From Sulfuricystis thermophila (GTDB lineage: Bacteria > Pseudomonadota > Gammaproteobacteria > Burkholderiales > Rhodocyclaceae): a DNA stretch of 32,000 nt. The notes beneath the pieces are model-generated. The model was not told the origin of the DNA, made no database searches, and saw nothing but the letters and a program-made list of their open reading frames with translations. Numbering within the stretch: the stretch's first letter is position 1; each line of letters starts with the position of its first letter. This document shows positions 24,755 through 32,000 of this stretch, piece by piece. The stretch spans positions 2,531,593 to 2,563,592 of the forward strand of contig NZ_AP019373.1 of the NCBI RefSeq assembly GCF_004323595.1, read 5' to 3'. The translations under genes were made by a program, and so were the position numbers.

Positions 24755-27004
24755 ATGCCGGCGGCCATGTCGTCCCCATCCATTTCGCCGCAGCCCGCCA
24801 GCGCGCCGCCCTCCGTCGTCGACGAGCCGCCGATCATTCCGCTCGACATGCATCCGCCGGTCGATCTGGCGGAGGATTTCGAGCACTTCATCGCCCAGCT
24901 GCATGTCTACCTGAAACCGGAGGACGTGGACCACGTCGCGGCGGCCTACCACTTCTCGGCGAATGCGCATCGTGGCCAGTTCCGCTCCAGCGGCGACCCG
25001 TACATCTCCCATCCGCTCGCCGTCGCCGAGACACTGGCGCACTGGCATCTCGACCCGCAGGCGCTCTCCGCCGCGCTGTTGCATGACGTGATGGAAGACA
25101 CGGCGATCACCAAGGCGCAGATCGCCCAGGATTTCGGCAAGGTCACCGCGGAACTCGTCGACGGCGTCTCCAAGCTCGATCGCATCGAGCACCAGTCCTT
25201 CGAAGAGGCGCAGGCAGAAAACTTCCGCAAGATGCTGCTGGCGATGGCCCAGGATGTGCGGGTGATCCTGATCAAGCTGGCCGACCGTCTGCACAACATG
25301 CGCACGCTCGATGCGATGCGCCCCGAGAAGCGCCGCCGCATCGCGAAAGAGACGCTCGAAATCTACGCACCGATCGCCAACCGTCTCGGTCTCAACACGC
25401 TGTTCCGCGAGCTGCAGGAGCTCTCGTTCCGTCATCTGCATCCCCTGCGCTACCGCGTCCTCGCCAAGGCGGTGCGTGCTGCGCGCGGCAACCGCCGCGA
25501 GGTGATCGAGAAGATCATGGCGGCGATCAAAGCGCGGCTGGCCGAGGCGCACATCGATGCCGAGGTGATGGGCCGCGAGAAGCATCTCTATGGCATCTAT
25601 CGCAAGATGCGCGAGAAGCATCTGACCTTCTCGCAGGTACATGACATCTATGGTTTCCGCATCGTCGTCGCCGACGTGCCGACCTGCTATCTCGTCCTCG
25701 GCGCGCTGCATGGCCTCTACAAGCCGGTACCGGGCAAGTTCAAGGATTACATCGCGATCCCGAAGGCGAATGGTTACCAGTCGCTGCACACCACCTTGAT
25801 CGGCCCCTTCGGCACGCCGATCGAAATCCAGATCCGCACACGCGACATGCACCGCGTCGCCGAGTCCGGCGTCGCTTCGCACTGGCTCTACAAAGACGTC
25901 GAATCGTTTTCCGAGCTCGAGCGCACCACCCATCAATGGCTGCAATCGCTACTCGAGCTGCAGACCGCCTCGGTTGATTCCGCCGAGTTCCTCGAACACG
26001 TCAAGGTCGATCTGTTCCCCGACGAAGTGTATGTGTTCACGCCGGCCGGCAAGATCCTTTCGCTGCCGCGTGGCGCTACCGCGGTCGATTTCGCCTATGC
26101 GGTGCATACCGACATCGGCCACCGCTGTGTCGCCTGCAAGATCAATCACGAGCATCTCCCGCTGCGCACCGAGCTCAGGAACGGCGATCGCGTCGAGATC
26201 ATCACCGCGCCGAACGCGGCGCCGAATCCGAATTGGCTGGCGTTCGTCAAGACCGGCAAGGCACGCGCGCAGATCCGCCACTTCCTCAAGACCCGGCAGC
26301 ACGAAGAATCCGCCGCGCTCGGCGAACACCTGCTCGCCCAGGCGCTGGCCAATTTCGGCCACCGCATCGAAGAGCTCGGCGCCGCCGCCTGGCAACGTTT
26401 CCTGCGCACCTTCTCCGGCAAGTCGCAAAAGGAAGTGCTCGCCGACATCGGTCTGGGCAAGCGTTTGCCGGCGATCGTCGCGCGGCGTCTGATCGATGGC
26501 CACGCCGGTGGCGTTGCTACGCAAGGCAGGAGTCCGATCCGCATTTCCGGCCCCCAAGGCATGGCGATGCAGCTGGCGCGCTGCTGCCGGCCGATTCCCG
26601 GCGATCCGATCGTTGGCGTGATCCGCGCCGGCCAAGGGCTCATCGTCCATACCCACGATTGTCCGACGCTACGCAACCCCAAGGCGGCGCGCACTGCACG
26701 TGCTGCCGGCGGGGTGCGTGAATGGGTCGATGTCGAATGGGATCCGGATGTGAAAGGACCGTTCGAGGTGCTGATCAAGGTCGTTGCGCAGAATACGCCC
26801 GGCGTCCTGGCGAGAATCGCCGCGACGATCGCCGAGCATGACACCAACATCAACAACGTGCGCATGGATGCCGATGGTGGCAGCACGACGGCGCTGTATT
26901 TCATGTTGCAGGTAAACAACCGCACCCATCTGGCGGGTATCCTGCGCAGTCTGCGGCGGCTGCCGATCGTCACACGCATCAGCCGCATCAAAGAGGATCA
27001 TTGA
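24755..27004 (+). CDS. spoT: bifunctional (p)ppGpp synthetase/hydrolase (RelA/SpoT homologue)
   Basis: HD hydrolase motif (HRGQFRSSGDPYISHPLAVA...HDVMEDT), synthetase domain (YKPVPGKFKDYIAIPKANGYQSLHT), and TGS and ACT domains. Start trimmed to ATG 24755, because the track ORF start at 24545 overlaps rpoZ. Confidence 0.9.
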   Translation: MPAAMSSPSISPQPASAPPSVVDEPPIIPLDMHPPVDLAEDFEHFIAQLHVYLKPEDVDHVAAAYHFSANAHRGQFRSSGDPYISHPLAVAETLAHWHLDPQALSAALLHDVMEDTAITKAQIAQDFGKVTAELVDGVSKLDRIEHQSFEEAQAENFRKMLLAMAQDVRVILIKLADRLHNMRTLDAMRPEKRRRIAKETLEIYAPIANRLGLNTLFRELQELSFRHLHPLRYRVLAKAVRAARGNRREVIEKIMAAIKARLAEAHIDAEVMGREKHLYGIYRKMREKHLTFSQVHDIYGFRIVVADVPTCYLVLGALHGLYKPVPGKFKDYIAIPKANGYQSLHTTLIGPFGTPIEIQIRTRDMHRVAESGVASHWLYKDVESFSELERTTHQWLQSLLELQTASVDSAEFLEHVKVDLFPDEVYVFTPAGKILSLPRGATAVDFAYAVHTDIGHRCVACKINHEHLPLRTELRNGDRVEIITAPNAAPNPNWLAFVKTGKARAQIRHFLKTRQHEESAALGEHLLAQALANFGHRIEELGAAAWQRFLRTFSGKSQKEVLADIGLGKRLPAIVARRLIDGHAGGVATQGRSPIRISGPQGMAMQLARCCRPIPGDPIVGVIRAGQGLIVHTHDCPTLRNPKAARTARAAGGVREWVDVEWDPDVKGPFEVLIKVVAQNTPGVLARIAATIAEHDTNINNVRMDADGGSTTALYFMLQVNNRTHLAGILRSLRRLPIVTRISRIKEDH

Positions 27005-27213
27005 ACCCAGATTGTCCATTAGACCGGGCTAACTTACCATGAGCATGCGAAACGATCATTTCATCGCCCTACACGGCGGGTCTCAAACTGCGGGCGGCAT
27101 CTTCGCGCCCCCGCTCCTTGCCAATAGACACGGTTATTGGCTCGTCGCGGGGACGCAAACCTGCTCGCCCTCGCCTTCGAAACCCGCTCGTGTTCCAATG
27201 GACAATCTGGGTT
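27004..27213. repeat. 17-bp perfect inverted repeats (20 bp with 1 mismatch) enclosing the spoT-downstream spacer
   Basis: AACCCAGATTGTCCATT at 27004-27020 pairs with AATGGACAATCTGGGTT at 27197-27213. An inner extended hairpin lies at about 27100-27155 (GCCAATA-gacacggt-TATTGGC flanked by GCGCCCCCGC/GCGGGGACGC). Confidence 0.6.
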
Positions 27214-27231
27214 GAAACGGAGAAATACACG

Positions 27232-27429
27232 ATGAGCAAACTCAAAGGCTACGAATCCGAATACACGAAATTCATGCGCGAATGGCTCAAGCAGCATCCC
27301 GAGCAGATCGAGGAGCAGCAAAAAGGCCGCGCGCTATGGTGGGATCGCGGCAATCTCGATCCGGACGAACTCGCCCGTCGCGCCGCGGTGAAAGTCCCAC
27401 AGAAGCCGTATTACTATGACGTCAATTGA
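27232..27429 (+). CDS. DUF3460-like small protein
   Basis: MSKLKGYESEYTKFMREWLKQHPEQIEEQQKGRALWWDR... Trimmed to ATG 27232, preceded by GGAGA. It resembles a small conserved betaproteobacterial family. This assignment is from memory. Confidence 0.6.
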   Translation: MSKLKGYESEYTKFMREWLKQHPEQIEEQQKGRALWWDRGNLDPDELARRAAVKVPQKPYYYDVN

Positions 27430-27715
27430 GAAAATGCCGAATCAATCGCTGCACGCCGGCAGCCGCGGTCTCGCGGTTGCATTGCTCGTTGTCTCGTACG
27501 GCTGGGTGGCGCTTGCCCGTGCGGCGGAGACGCCGCAACCCGTCGTGCCACCCAAACCGGTCGTGTTGCAGCCGACGGCGGCCATGCCGCCAGCTCCCAT
27601 ATCACCCGCTACCGAGCCTGTCGCAGCGGTCAACAAGTCCACGCCGGTAAAGGCGGGCAAAGCCAAGCCCAAGACGGCGAAAAAGCCCGTCAAAGTCAAA
27701 CCGAAACGCCGTTGA
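27416..27715 (+). CDS. hypothetical secreted Pro-rich protein with Lys-rich tail
   Basis: Signal-like LAVALLVVSYGWVALARA, then a PxP-rich segment and KAGKAKPKTAKKPVKVKPKRR. The start may be ATG 27434 rather than 27416. Confidence 0.45.
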   Translation: MTSIEKMPNQSLHAGSRGLAVALLVVSYGWVALARAAETPQPVVPPKPVVLQPTAAMPPAPISPATEPVAAVNKSTPVKAGKAKPKTAKKPVKVKPKRR

Positions 27716-27764
27716 ACGGGGCTTGCCGCTCTTTTCCGAGCGGCATACTCGACATTCGAATTTC

Positions 27765-27778
27765 TTGACACCTGTCAA
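27765..27778. promoter_or_regulatory. FNR/CRP-family palindrome TTGAC-N4-GTCAA upstream of napD
   Basis: Perfect dyad TTGACacctGTCAA. A TAGGAT -10-like hexamer at 27801-27806 would centre the dyad near -41.5, which is class II geometry. Confidence 0.55.
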
Positions 27779-27854
27779 GCAAATTCGCCGTGCGCAATCC
27801 TAGGATGCGTCCATCTCAATCCCATAAATTTTTTGGGGTCTCAGGGCGCATTCC

Positions 27855-28148
27855 ATGAACATTTCCAGCGTCATCGTCATTCCGCATCCCGAGCAGGTCG
27901 CGGCAGTGCGTGCCCGCCTGCAAACCCTTCCCGGTGTCGAGCTCGCCGCCGTCTCTCCCGAAGGCAAGATGATCGTCACGATCGAAACGGCGAGCGACCG
28001 GGATACCGTCGAACGCTTTGAGCAGATCAATCTTCTGGACGGCGTGATGTCGGCCTCCATGGTCTATCACCAGAAAGAGGATGATCCGGAAGCACCCATT
28101 TCTTCTGTGGAGGCGTCGCCCGCCGGCGATGCCACGGCACTGGCTTGA
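27855..28148 (+). CDS. napD: NapD chaperone for periplasmic nitrate reductase
   Basis: [44 protein letters not shown]...[10 protein letters not shown] follows the NapD pattern. Directly upstream of napA. Confidence 0.85.
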   Translation: MNISSVIVIPHPEQVAAVRARLQTLPGVELAAVSPEGKMIVTIETASDRDTVERFEQINLLDGVMSASMVYHQKEDDPEAPISSVEASPAGDATALA

Positions 28149-28165
28149 AAACAAGGAGATTGGCA

Positions 28166-30715
28166 ATGGAACTGACACGGCGTGAATTCATCAAGGCAAA
28201 TGCGATCGCCGCCGCGGCCGGCGTGGCGGGCATGTCGATTCCCGGGGCCCAGGCGCTCGCGCAGGTCAAGGCTGATGACGGCATCCGCTGGGACAAGGGC
28301 GCCTGCCGCTACTGCGGCACCGGTTGCAGCGTGCTGGTCGGCGTCAAGGATGGCCGCATCGTCGCGACACAAGGTGACCCCGACGCGCCGGTCAACAAGG
28401 GATTGAACTGCGTCAAGGGCTATTTCCTCGCCAAGATCCAGTATGGCCAGGACCGGCTGACCAAGCCGCTTTTGCGCATGAAGGACGGCAAGTACGACAA
28501 GAACGGCGAGTTCCAGCCGATCTCCTGGGATCAGGCCTTCGACATCATGGCCGAGAAGGTCAAGGCGACCTTGAAGAACCCGGAACAAGGGCCGCAGGGC
28601 GTGGCGATGTTCGGCTCCGGCCAATGGACGATCTGGGAAGGTTACGCCGCCGTCAAATTGATGAAGGCGGGTTTCCGCTCCAACAGCATCGACCCGAACG
28701 CGCGCCATTGCATGGCCTCGGCGGTGGCCGGCTTCATGCGCACCTTCGGCATCGACGAGCCGATGGGCTGCTATGACGACATGGAGCATGCCGACGCCTT
28801 CGTGCTGTGGGGCTCGAACATGGCCGAGATGCACCCGATCCTGTGGACGCGCATCACCAACCGTCGGCTCACCGCCGACCATGTGCGCATCCATGTGCTG
28901 TCCACCTTCTCGCACCGTTCCTGCGAACTCGCCGACAACGAGATGATCTTCAAGCCGCAGTCGGATCTGGCGATCCTCAACTACATCTGCAACTACATCA
29001 TCCAGAACGGCGCGGTCAACAAGGACTTCGTCGCCAAGCACGTCGGCTTCTTCAAGGGTGTCACCGATATCGGTTATGGCCTGCGCCCCAACCACCCGCT
29101 CGAGCAGGCGGCCGGCAACAACGGCTACCCTGGCCCGGACGGCAAGCCGAAGGGCGATCCGAACAAGCACACACCGATCACGTTCGAAGAATTTGCCCAG
29201 TTCGTCTCCGAATACACGCTCGACAAGGCGCACGAGCTTTCCGGCGTGCCCAAGGACAAGCTCGAAAAGCTCGCCAAGACCTATGCCGATCCGAAGACCA
29301 AGGTCTGCTCCTACTGGACGATGGGCTTCAACCAGCACACGCGCGGCACCTGGGTCAACAACATGATCTACAACGTGCATCTCTTGGTCGGCAAGATCTC
29401 CGAACCCGGCAACGGCCCGTTCTCGCTGACCGGTCAACCTTCGGCCTGCGGCACCGCGCGCGAGGTCGGCACGTTCACGCATCGCCTGCCGGCCGACATG
29501 GTGGTGATGAATCCGAAGCACCGCGAGACCGCGGAAAAGATCTGGAAACTGCCCGCCGGCACGATCAACCCGGTGCCCGGTTATCACGCGGTGCTGCAAT
29601 CGCGCATGGCCAAGGACGGCAAGATCGGCTTCTTGTGGACATCCACCACCAACAACATGCAGGCGGGCCCGAATGTCAATGGCGAGGTCTATCCGGGATG
29701 GCGCAATCCGAAGTGCTTCACGGTCGTCTCCGATGCGTATCCGACCGTCTCGGCGATGTCGGCAGATCTGATCCTGCCCGCCGCGATGTGGATGGAAAAG
29801 GAGGGCGCCTATGGCAACGCCGAGCGGCGCACCCAGTTCTGGCGCCAGCAGGTCAAGGCGCCGGGTGAGGCCAAATCCGATCTGTGGCAATACCTGGAGT
29901 TCTCGAAGCGTTTCAAGGTCGAGGATGTCTGGCCGGCGGAGCTCGTCGCCAAGATGCCCGAATACAAAGGCAAGACGCTCTACGAGATCCTCTATCTCAA
30001 CGGTCATGTCAACAAGTTCCCGAAGGAAGAGGCGGCAAAGGTGAATGCCCACGCCTGGACCGGCTACACCAACGACGAGACCGAGCACTTCGGCTTCTAC
30101 GTGCAAAAAGGGCTGTTCGAGGAATATGCCGAGTTCGGCCGTGGTCATGCTCACGACCTCGCGCTGTTCGACACCTATCACAAGGTGCGGGGCCTGCGCT
30201 GGCCGGTGGTGGATGGCAAAGAGACGCTGTGGCGCTTCCGCGAAGGCTACGACCCCTATGTCAAGAAAGGCGAAGGGGTGCGCTTCTATGGCTATCCCGA
30301 TGGCAAGGCGAAGATCTTCGCGCTGCCTTATCAGCCGGCTGCCGAAATGCCGGACAACGAATACGACCTGTGGCTGTGCACCGGCCGCGTGCTTGAACAC
30401 TGGCATACCGGCTCGATGACGCGGCGCGTGCCCGAGCTCTACAAGGCCTTCCCGGATGCGGTGGTGTTCATGCACCCGAAGGATGCCGAAAAGCGTGGCC
30501 TCAAGCGTCACGACGTCGTCAAGGTCATCACGCGGCGCGGCGAGATCCAGCTGCGCGTCGAGACCAAGGGGCGCAACAAGCCGCCGGAGGGATTGATCTT
30601 CGTCCCGTTCTTCGACGAGCACCGCCTGGTCAACAAGCTCACCCTGGACGCCACCTGTCCGATCTCGAAAGAGACCGACTTCAAGAAGTGCGCCGCCAAG
30701 GTGATCAAGGTCTGA
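28166..30715 (+). CDS. napA: periplasmic nitrate reductase catalytic subunit NapA
   Basis: Tat signal [22 protein letters not shown]. 4Fe-4S motif CRYCGTGCS. Molybdopterin oxidoreductase sequence throughout. ATG 28166 is preceded by AAGGAG. Confidence 0.95.
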   Translation: MELTRREFIKANAIAAAAGVAGMSIPGAQALAQVKADDGIRWDKGACRYCGTGCSVLVGVKDGRIVATQGDPDAPVNKGLNCVKGYFLAKIQYGQDRLTKPLLRMKDGKYDKNGEFQPISWDQAFDIMAEKVKATLKNPEQGPQGVAMFGSGQWTIWEGYAAVKLMKAGFRSNSIDPNARHCMASAVAGFMRTFGIDEPMGCYDDMEHADAFVLWGSNMAEMHPILWTRITNRRLTADHVRIHVLSTFSHRSCELADNEMIFKPQSDLAILNYICNYIIQNGAVNKDFVAKHVGFFKGVTDIGYGLRPNHPLEQAAGNNGYPGPDGKPKGDPNKHTPITFEEFAQFVSEYTLDKAHELSGVPKDKLEKLAKTYADPKTKVCSYWTMGFNQHTRGTWVNNMIYNVHLLVGKISEPGNGPFSLTGQPSACGTAREVGTFTHRLPADMVVMNPKHRETAEKIWKLPAGTINPVPGYHAVLQSRMAKDGKIGFLWTSTTNNMQAGPNVNGEVYPGWRNPKCFTVVSDAYPTVSAMSADLILPAAMWMEKEGAYGNAERRTQFWRQQVKAPGEAKSDLWQYLEFSKRFKVEDVWPAELVAKMPEYKGKTLYEILYLNGHVNKFPKEEAAKVNAHAWTGYTNDETEHFGFYVQKGLFEEYAEFGRGHAHDLALFDTYHKVRGLRWPVVDGKETLWRFREGYDPYVKKGEGVRFYGYPDGKAKIFALPYQPAAEMPDNEYDLWLCTGRVLEHWHTGSMTRRVPELYKAFPDAVVFMHPKDAEKRGLKRHDVVKVITRRGEIQLRVETKGRNKPPEGLIFVPFFDEHRLVNKLTLDATCPISKETDFKKCAAKVIKV

Positions 30716-30791
30716 CCCGATCGATGGCTCGGTAACGTAACGACATGGAAACGGGAAGCAGGACAGGGGGCAGGCTTCCCGCCCCACGAAC

Positions 30792-31730
30792 ATGGCTCAA
30801 GATACGAAATCCAAAGGCTCGGCCCGTCGCCAGTTCCTTGCCGACACCGCCCGCATGGTCTGCAGCGTCGGCCTTTTGGGACTGGGCGTCGGACTCTACG
30901 CGCGGCATGCGACCGCGCTGCCCCCTGCTGCCATCCGTCCCCCCGGCGCTTTGCCGGAAACGGCATTCTCTGCCGCCTGCATCCGCTGCGGCATGTGCGT
31001 GCGCGACTGCCCGTATGACATCCTGCATCTCGCCAAACCGGAAGAGCCCATGGCGACGGGCACGCCCTATTTCGTCGCGCGCCAGGCGCCATGCGAGATG
31101 TGCGAGGACATCCCATGCGTAAAAGCCTGCCCGACTGGGGCGCTCGATCACCGCTTGACCGACATCACCAAGGCCCGCATGGGGCTCGCGGTGCTGATCG
31201 ACCACGAGACCTGCCTGAATTTCTTGGGCTTGCGCTGCGATATCTGCTATCGCATCTGCCCGGTGATCGACAAGGCAATCACGCTCGAACCGATGGCGAA
31301 TACACGCACCGGCAAGCATGCGATGTTCATCCCGACCGTGCATTCCGAAGCCTGTACCGGCTGCGGCAAATGCGAGAAAGCCTGTCCGACGGAAATCGCC
31401 GCGATCAAGGTGCTGCCGATCTACGTCGCCAAGGGCCAGCTCTCTGCACATTACCGGCTCGGCTGGGTCGAGAAGGAGAAGGCTGGCGGCAGTCTCGTTG
31501 CACCGGATGTCGAGCACCAATACAACCTGCCGGAGGGCATGCGCTATGACTACGGCGGCAAGGGTTTGCTCAACGAGCCGCCGGCGCCAGGTGCGGGCGC
31601 CGCAACGCCCGGCGCTCAGGGAAGTGCCGCCCCGCCAGCGCCGACTTTTCGAGGTGAGGCGGCGCCCGGCGGAACGCCTTCATTTCCGTCAGCGCCGACT
31701 TTCAAAGCCCTGCAGGGAGACAAGCTATGA
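30792..31730 (+). CDS. napG: ferredoxin-type protein NapG (4x 4Fe-4S) with extended Pro/Ala/Gly-rich C-terminal tail
   Basis: Tat-like [11 protein letters not shown]. Four Cys clusters ([50 protein letters not shown]). 312 aa versus about 230 aa for E. coli NapG (from memory). Confidence 0.85.
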   Translation: MAQDTKSKGSARRQFLADTARMVCSVGLLGLGVGLYARHATALPPAAIRPPGALPETAFSAACIRCGMCVRDCPYDILHLAKPEEPMATGTPYFVARQAPCEMCEDIPCVKACPTGALDHRLTDITKARMGLAVLIDHETCLNFLGLRCDICYRICPVIDKAITLEPMANTRTGKHAMFIPTVHSEACTGCGKCEKACPTEIAAIKVLPIYVAKGQLSAHYRLGWVEKEKAGGSLVAPDVEHQYNLPEGMRYDYGGKGLLNEPPAPGAGAATPGAQGSAAPPAPTFRGEAAPGGTPSFPSAPTFKALQGDKL

Positions 31731-32000
31731 GCGCGCGGCCCGAACGTCCCGGTGCGGAAGCCGTTGCCACCAAGGGTTGGCTTGCTGCACACAAGTGGCT
31801 GATCCTGCGCCGCACTTCGCAATTGGGCATTCTGCTGCTCTTCCTCGTCGGCCCGTGGTTCGGTTGGTGGATCGTCAAGGGGAATCTCAATTTCAGTTAC
31901 ACGCTGAACACCCTGCCGCTGGCCGATCCGTATCTGCTGCTGCAGGCGTTGATGAGCGGACAGACCCCCGAGAAGCTCGGTCTGATCGGGGTGACGATCG
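31727..32000 (+). CDS. napH: NapH quinol dehydrogenase membrane subunit (5' partial, runs off the window)
   Basis: ATGA overlap with the napG stop and GGGAGA upstream. [68 protein letters not shown] matches the NapH N-terminus. Not in the ORF track because it has no stop in the window. Confidence 0.8.
   Translation, partial: MSARPERPGAEAVATKGWLAAHKWLILRRTSQLGILLLFLVGPWFGWWIVKGNLNFSYTLNTLPLADPYLLLQALMSGQTPEKLGLIGVTI

Noticed and set aside
24605-25945. 446-aa ORF antisense to spoT (also 25949-26656 and 26146-26991)
   Set aside because: Shadow ORFs opposite a well-supported RelA/SpoT gene.
28067-30793. 908-aa ORF antisense to napA
   Set aside because: This is a shadow ORF typical of high-GC DNA. 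napA on the opposite strand is unambiguous, and the antisense product has no motifs.

Overview
GC-rich chromosomal segment with betaproteobacterial-type gene content; the Rhodocyclales-like impression is inference only. The backbone is ordinary housekeeping. On the minus strand: phasin, lptA-lptC-kdsC-kdsD, an orphan prepilin-type gene, a class III cyclase, and hemW-rdgB-rph plus a Hanks-type Ser/Thr kinase. On the plus strand: a CPA2/Kef-type antiporter, an orphan membrane histidine kinase, thiS-thiG, a secreted hypothetical, trmB, yicC, gmk-rpoZ-spoT, a DUF3460-like gene, and the start of a nap operon (napD-napA-napG-napH, truncated at the window end). The standout is a ~7.3 kb integrated element at 16459-23749. 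It is bounded by a perfect 22-bp direct repeat and sits in the yicC/gmk spacer, not at a tRNA. It encodes a P4-type tyrosine integrase, an AlpA-like excisionase/regulator, and a ~910-aa Toprim plus Walker-NTPase primase-helicase. Directly 3' of the primase-helicase lies a dense symmetric iteron array: 12 perfect copies of GTGTCCC/GGGACAC plus a 28-bp perfect direct repeat. After it come four translationally coupled small genes ending in a Mor-like activator, then a small cargo segment bounded by a 19-bp direct repeat. No capsid, terminase, relaxase or T4SS genes are present, so it resembles a minimalist P4/PICI-type satellite or integrative mobilisable element whose small proteins I cannot assign. 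The insertion also appears to separate gmk-rpoZ-spoT from a near-consensus host promoter, which now points into int. Secondary oddities are a ~147-bp structured in-frame insertion in hemW and a 17-bp (20-bp with one mismatch) inverted repeat bracketing the spoT/DUF3460 spacer. Also noted are a sigma-54-type promoter upstream of the orphan pilin gene, a perfect consensus sigma-70 promoter for the phasin gene, and an FNR-type palindrome upstream of napD. Many long ORFs in the track are antisense or alternate-frame shadows typical of high-GC DNA and were rejected. No tRNA, rRNA or CRISPR array was seen.
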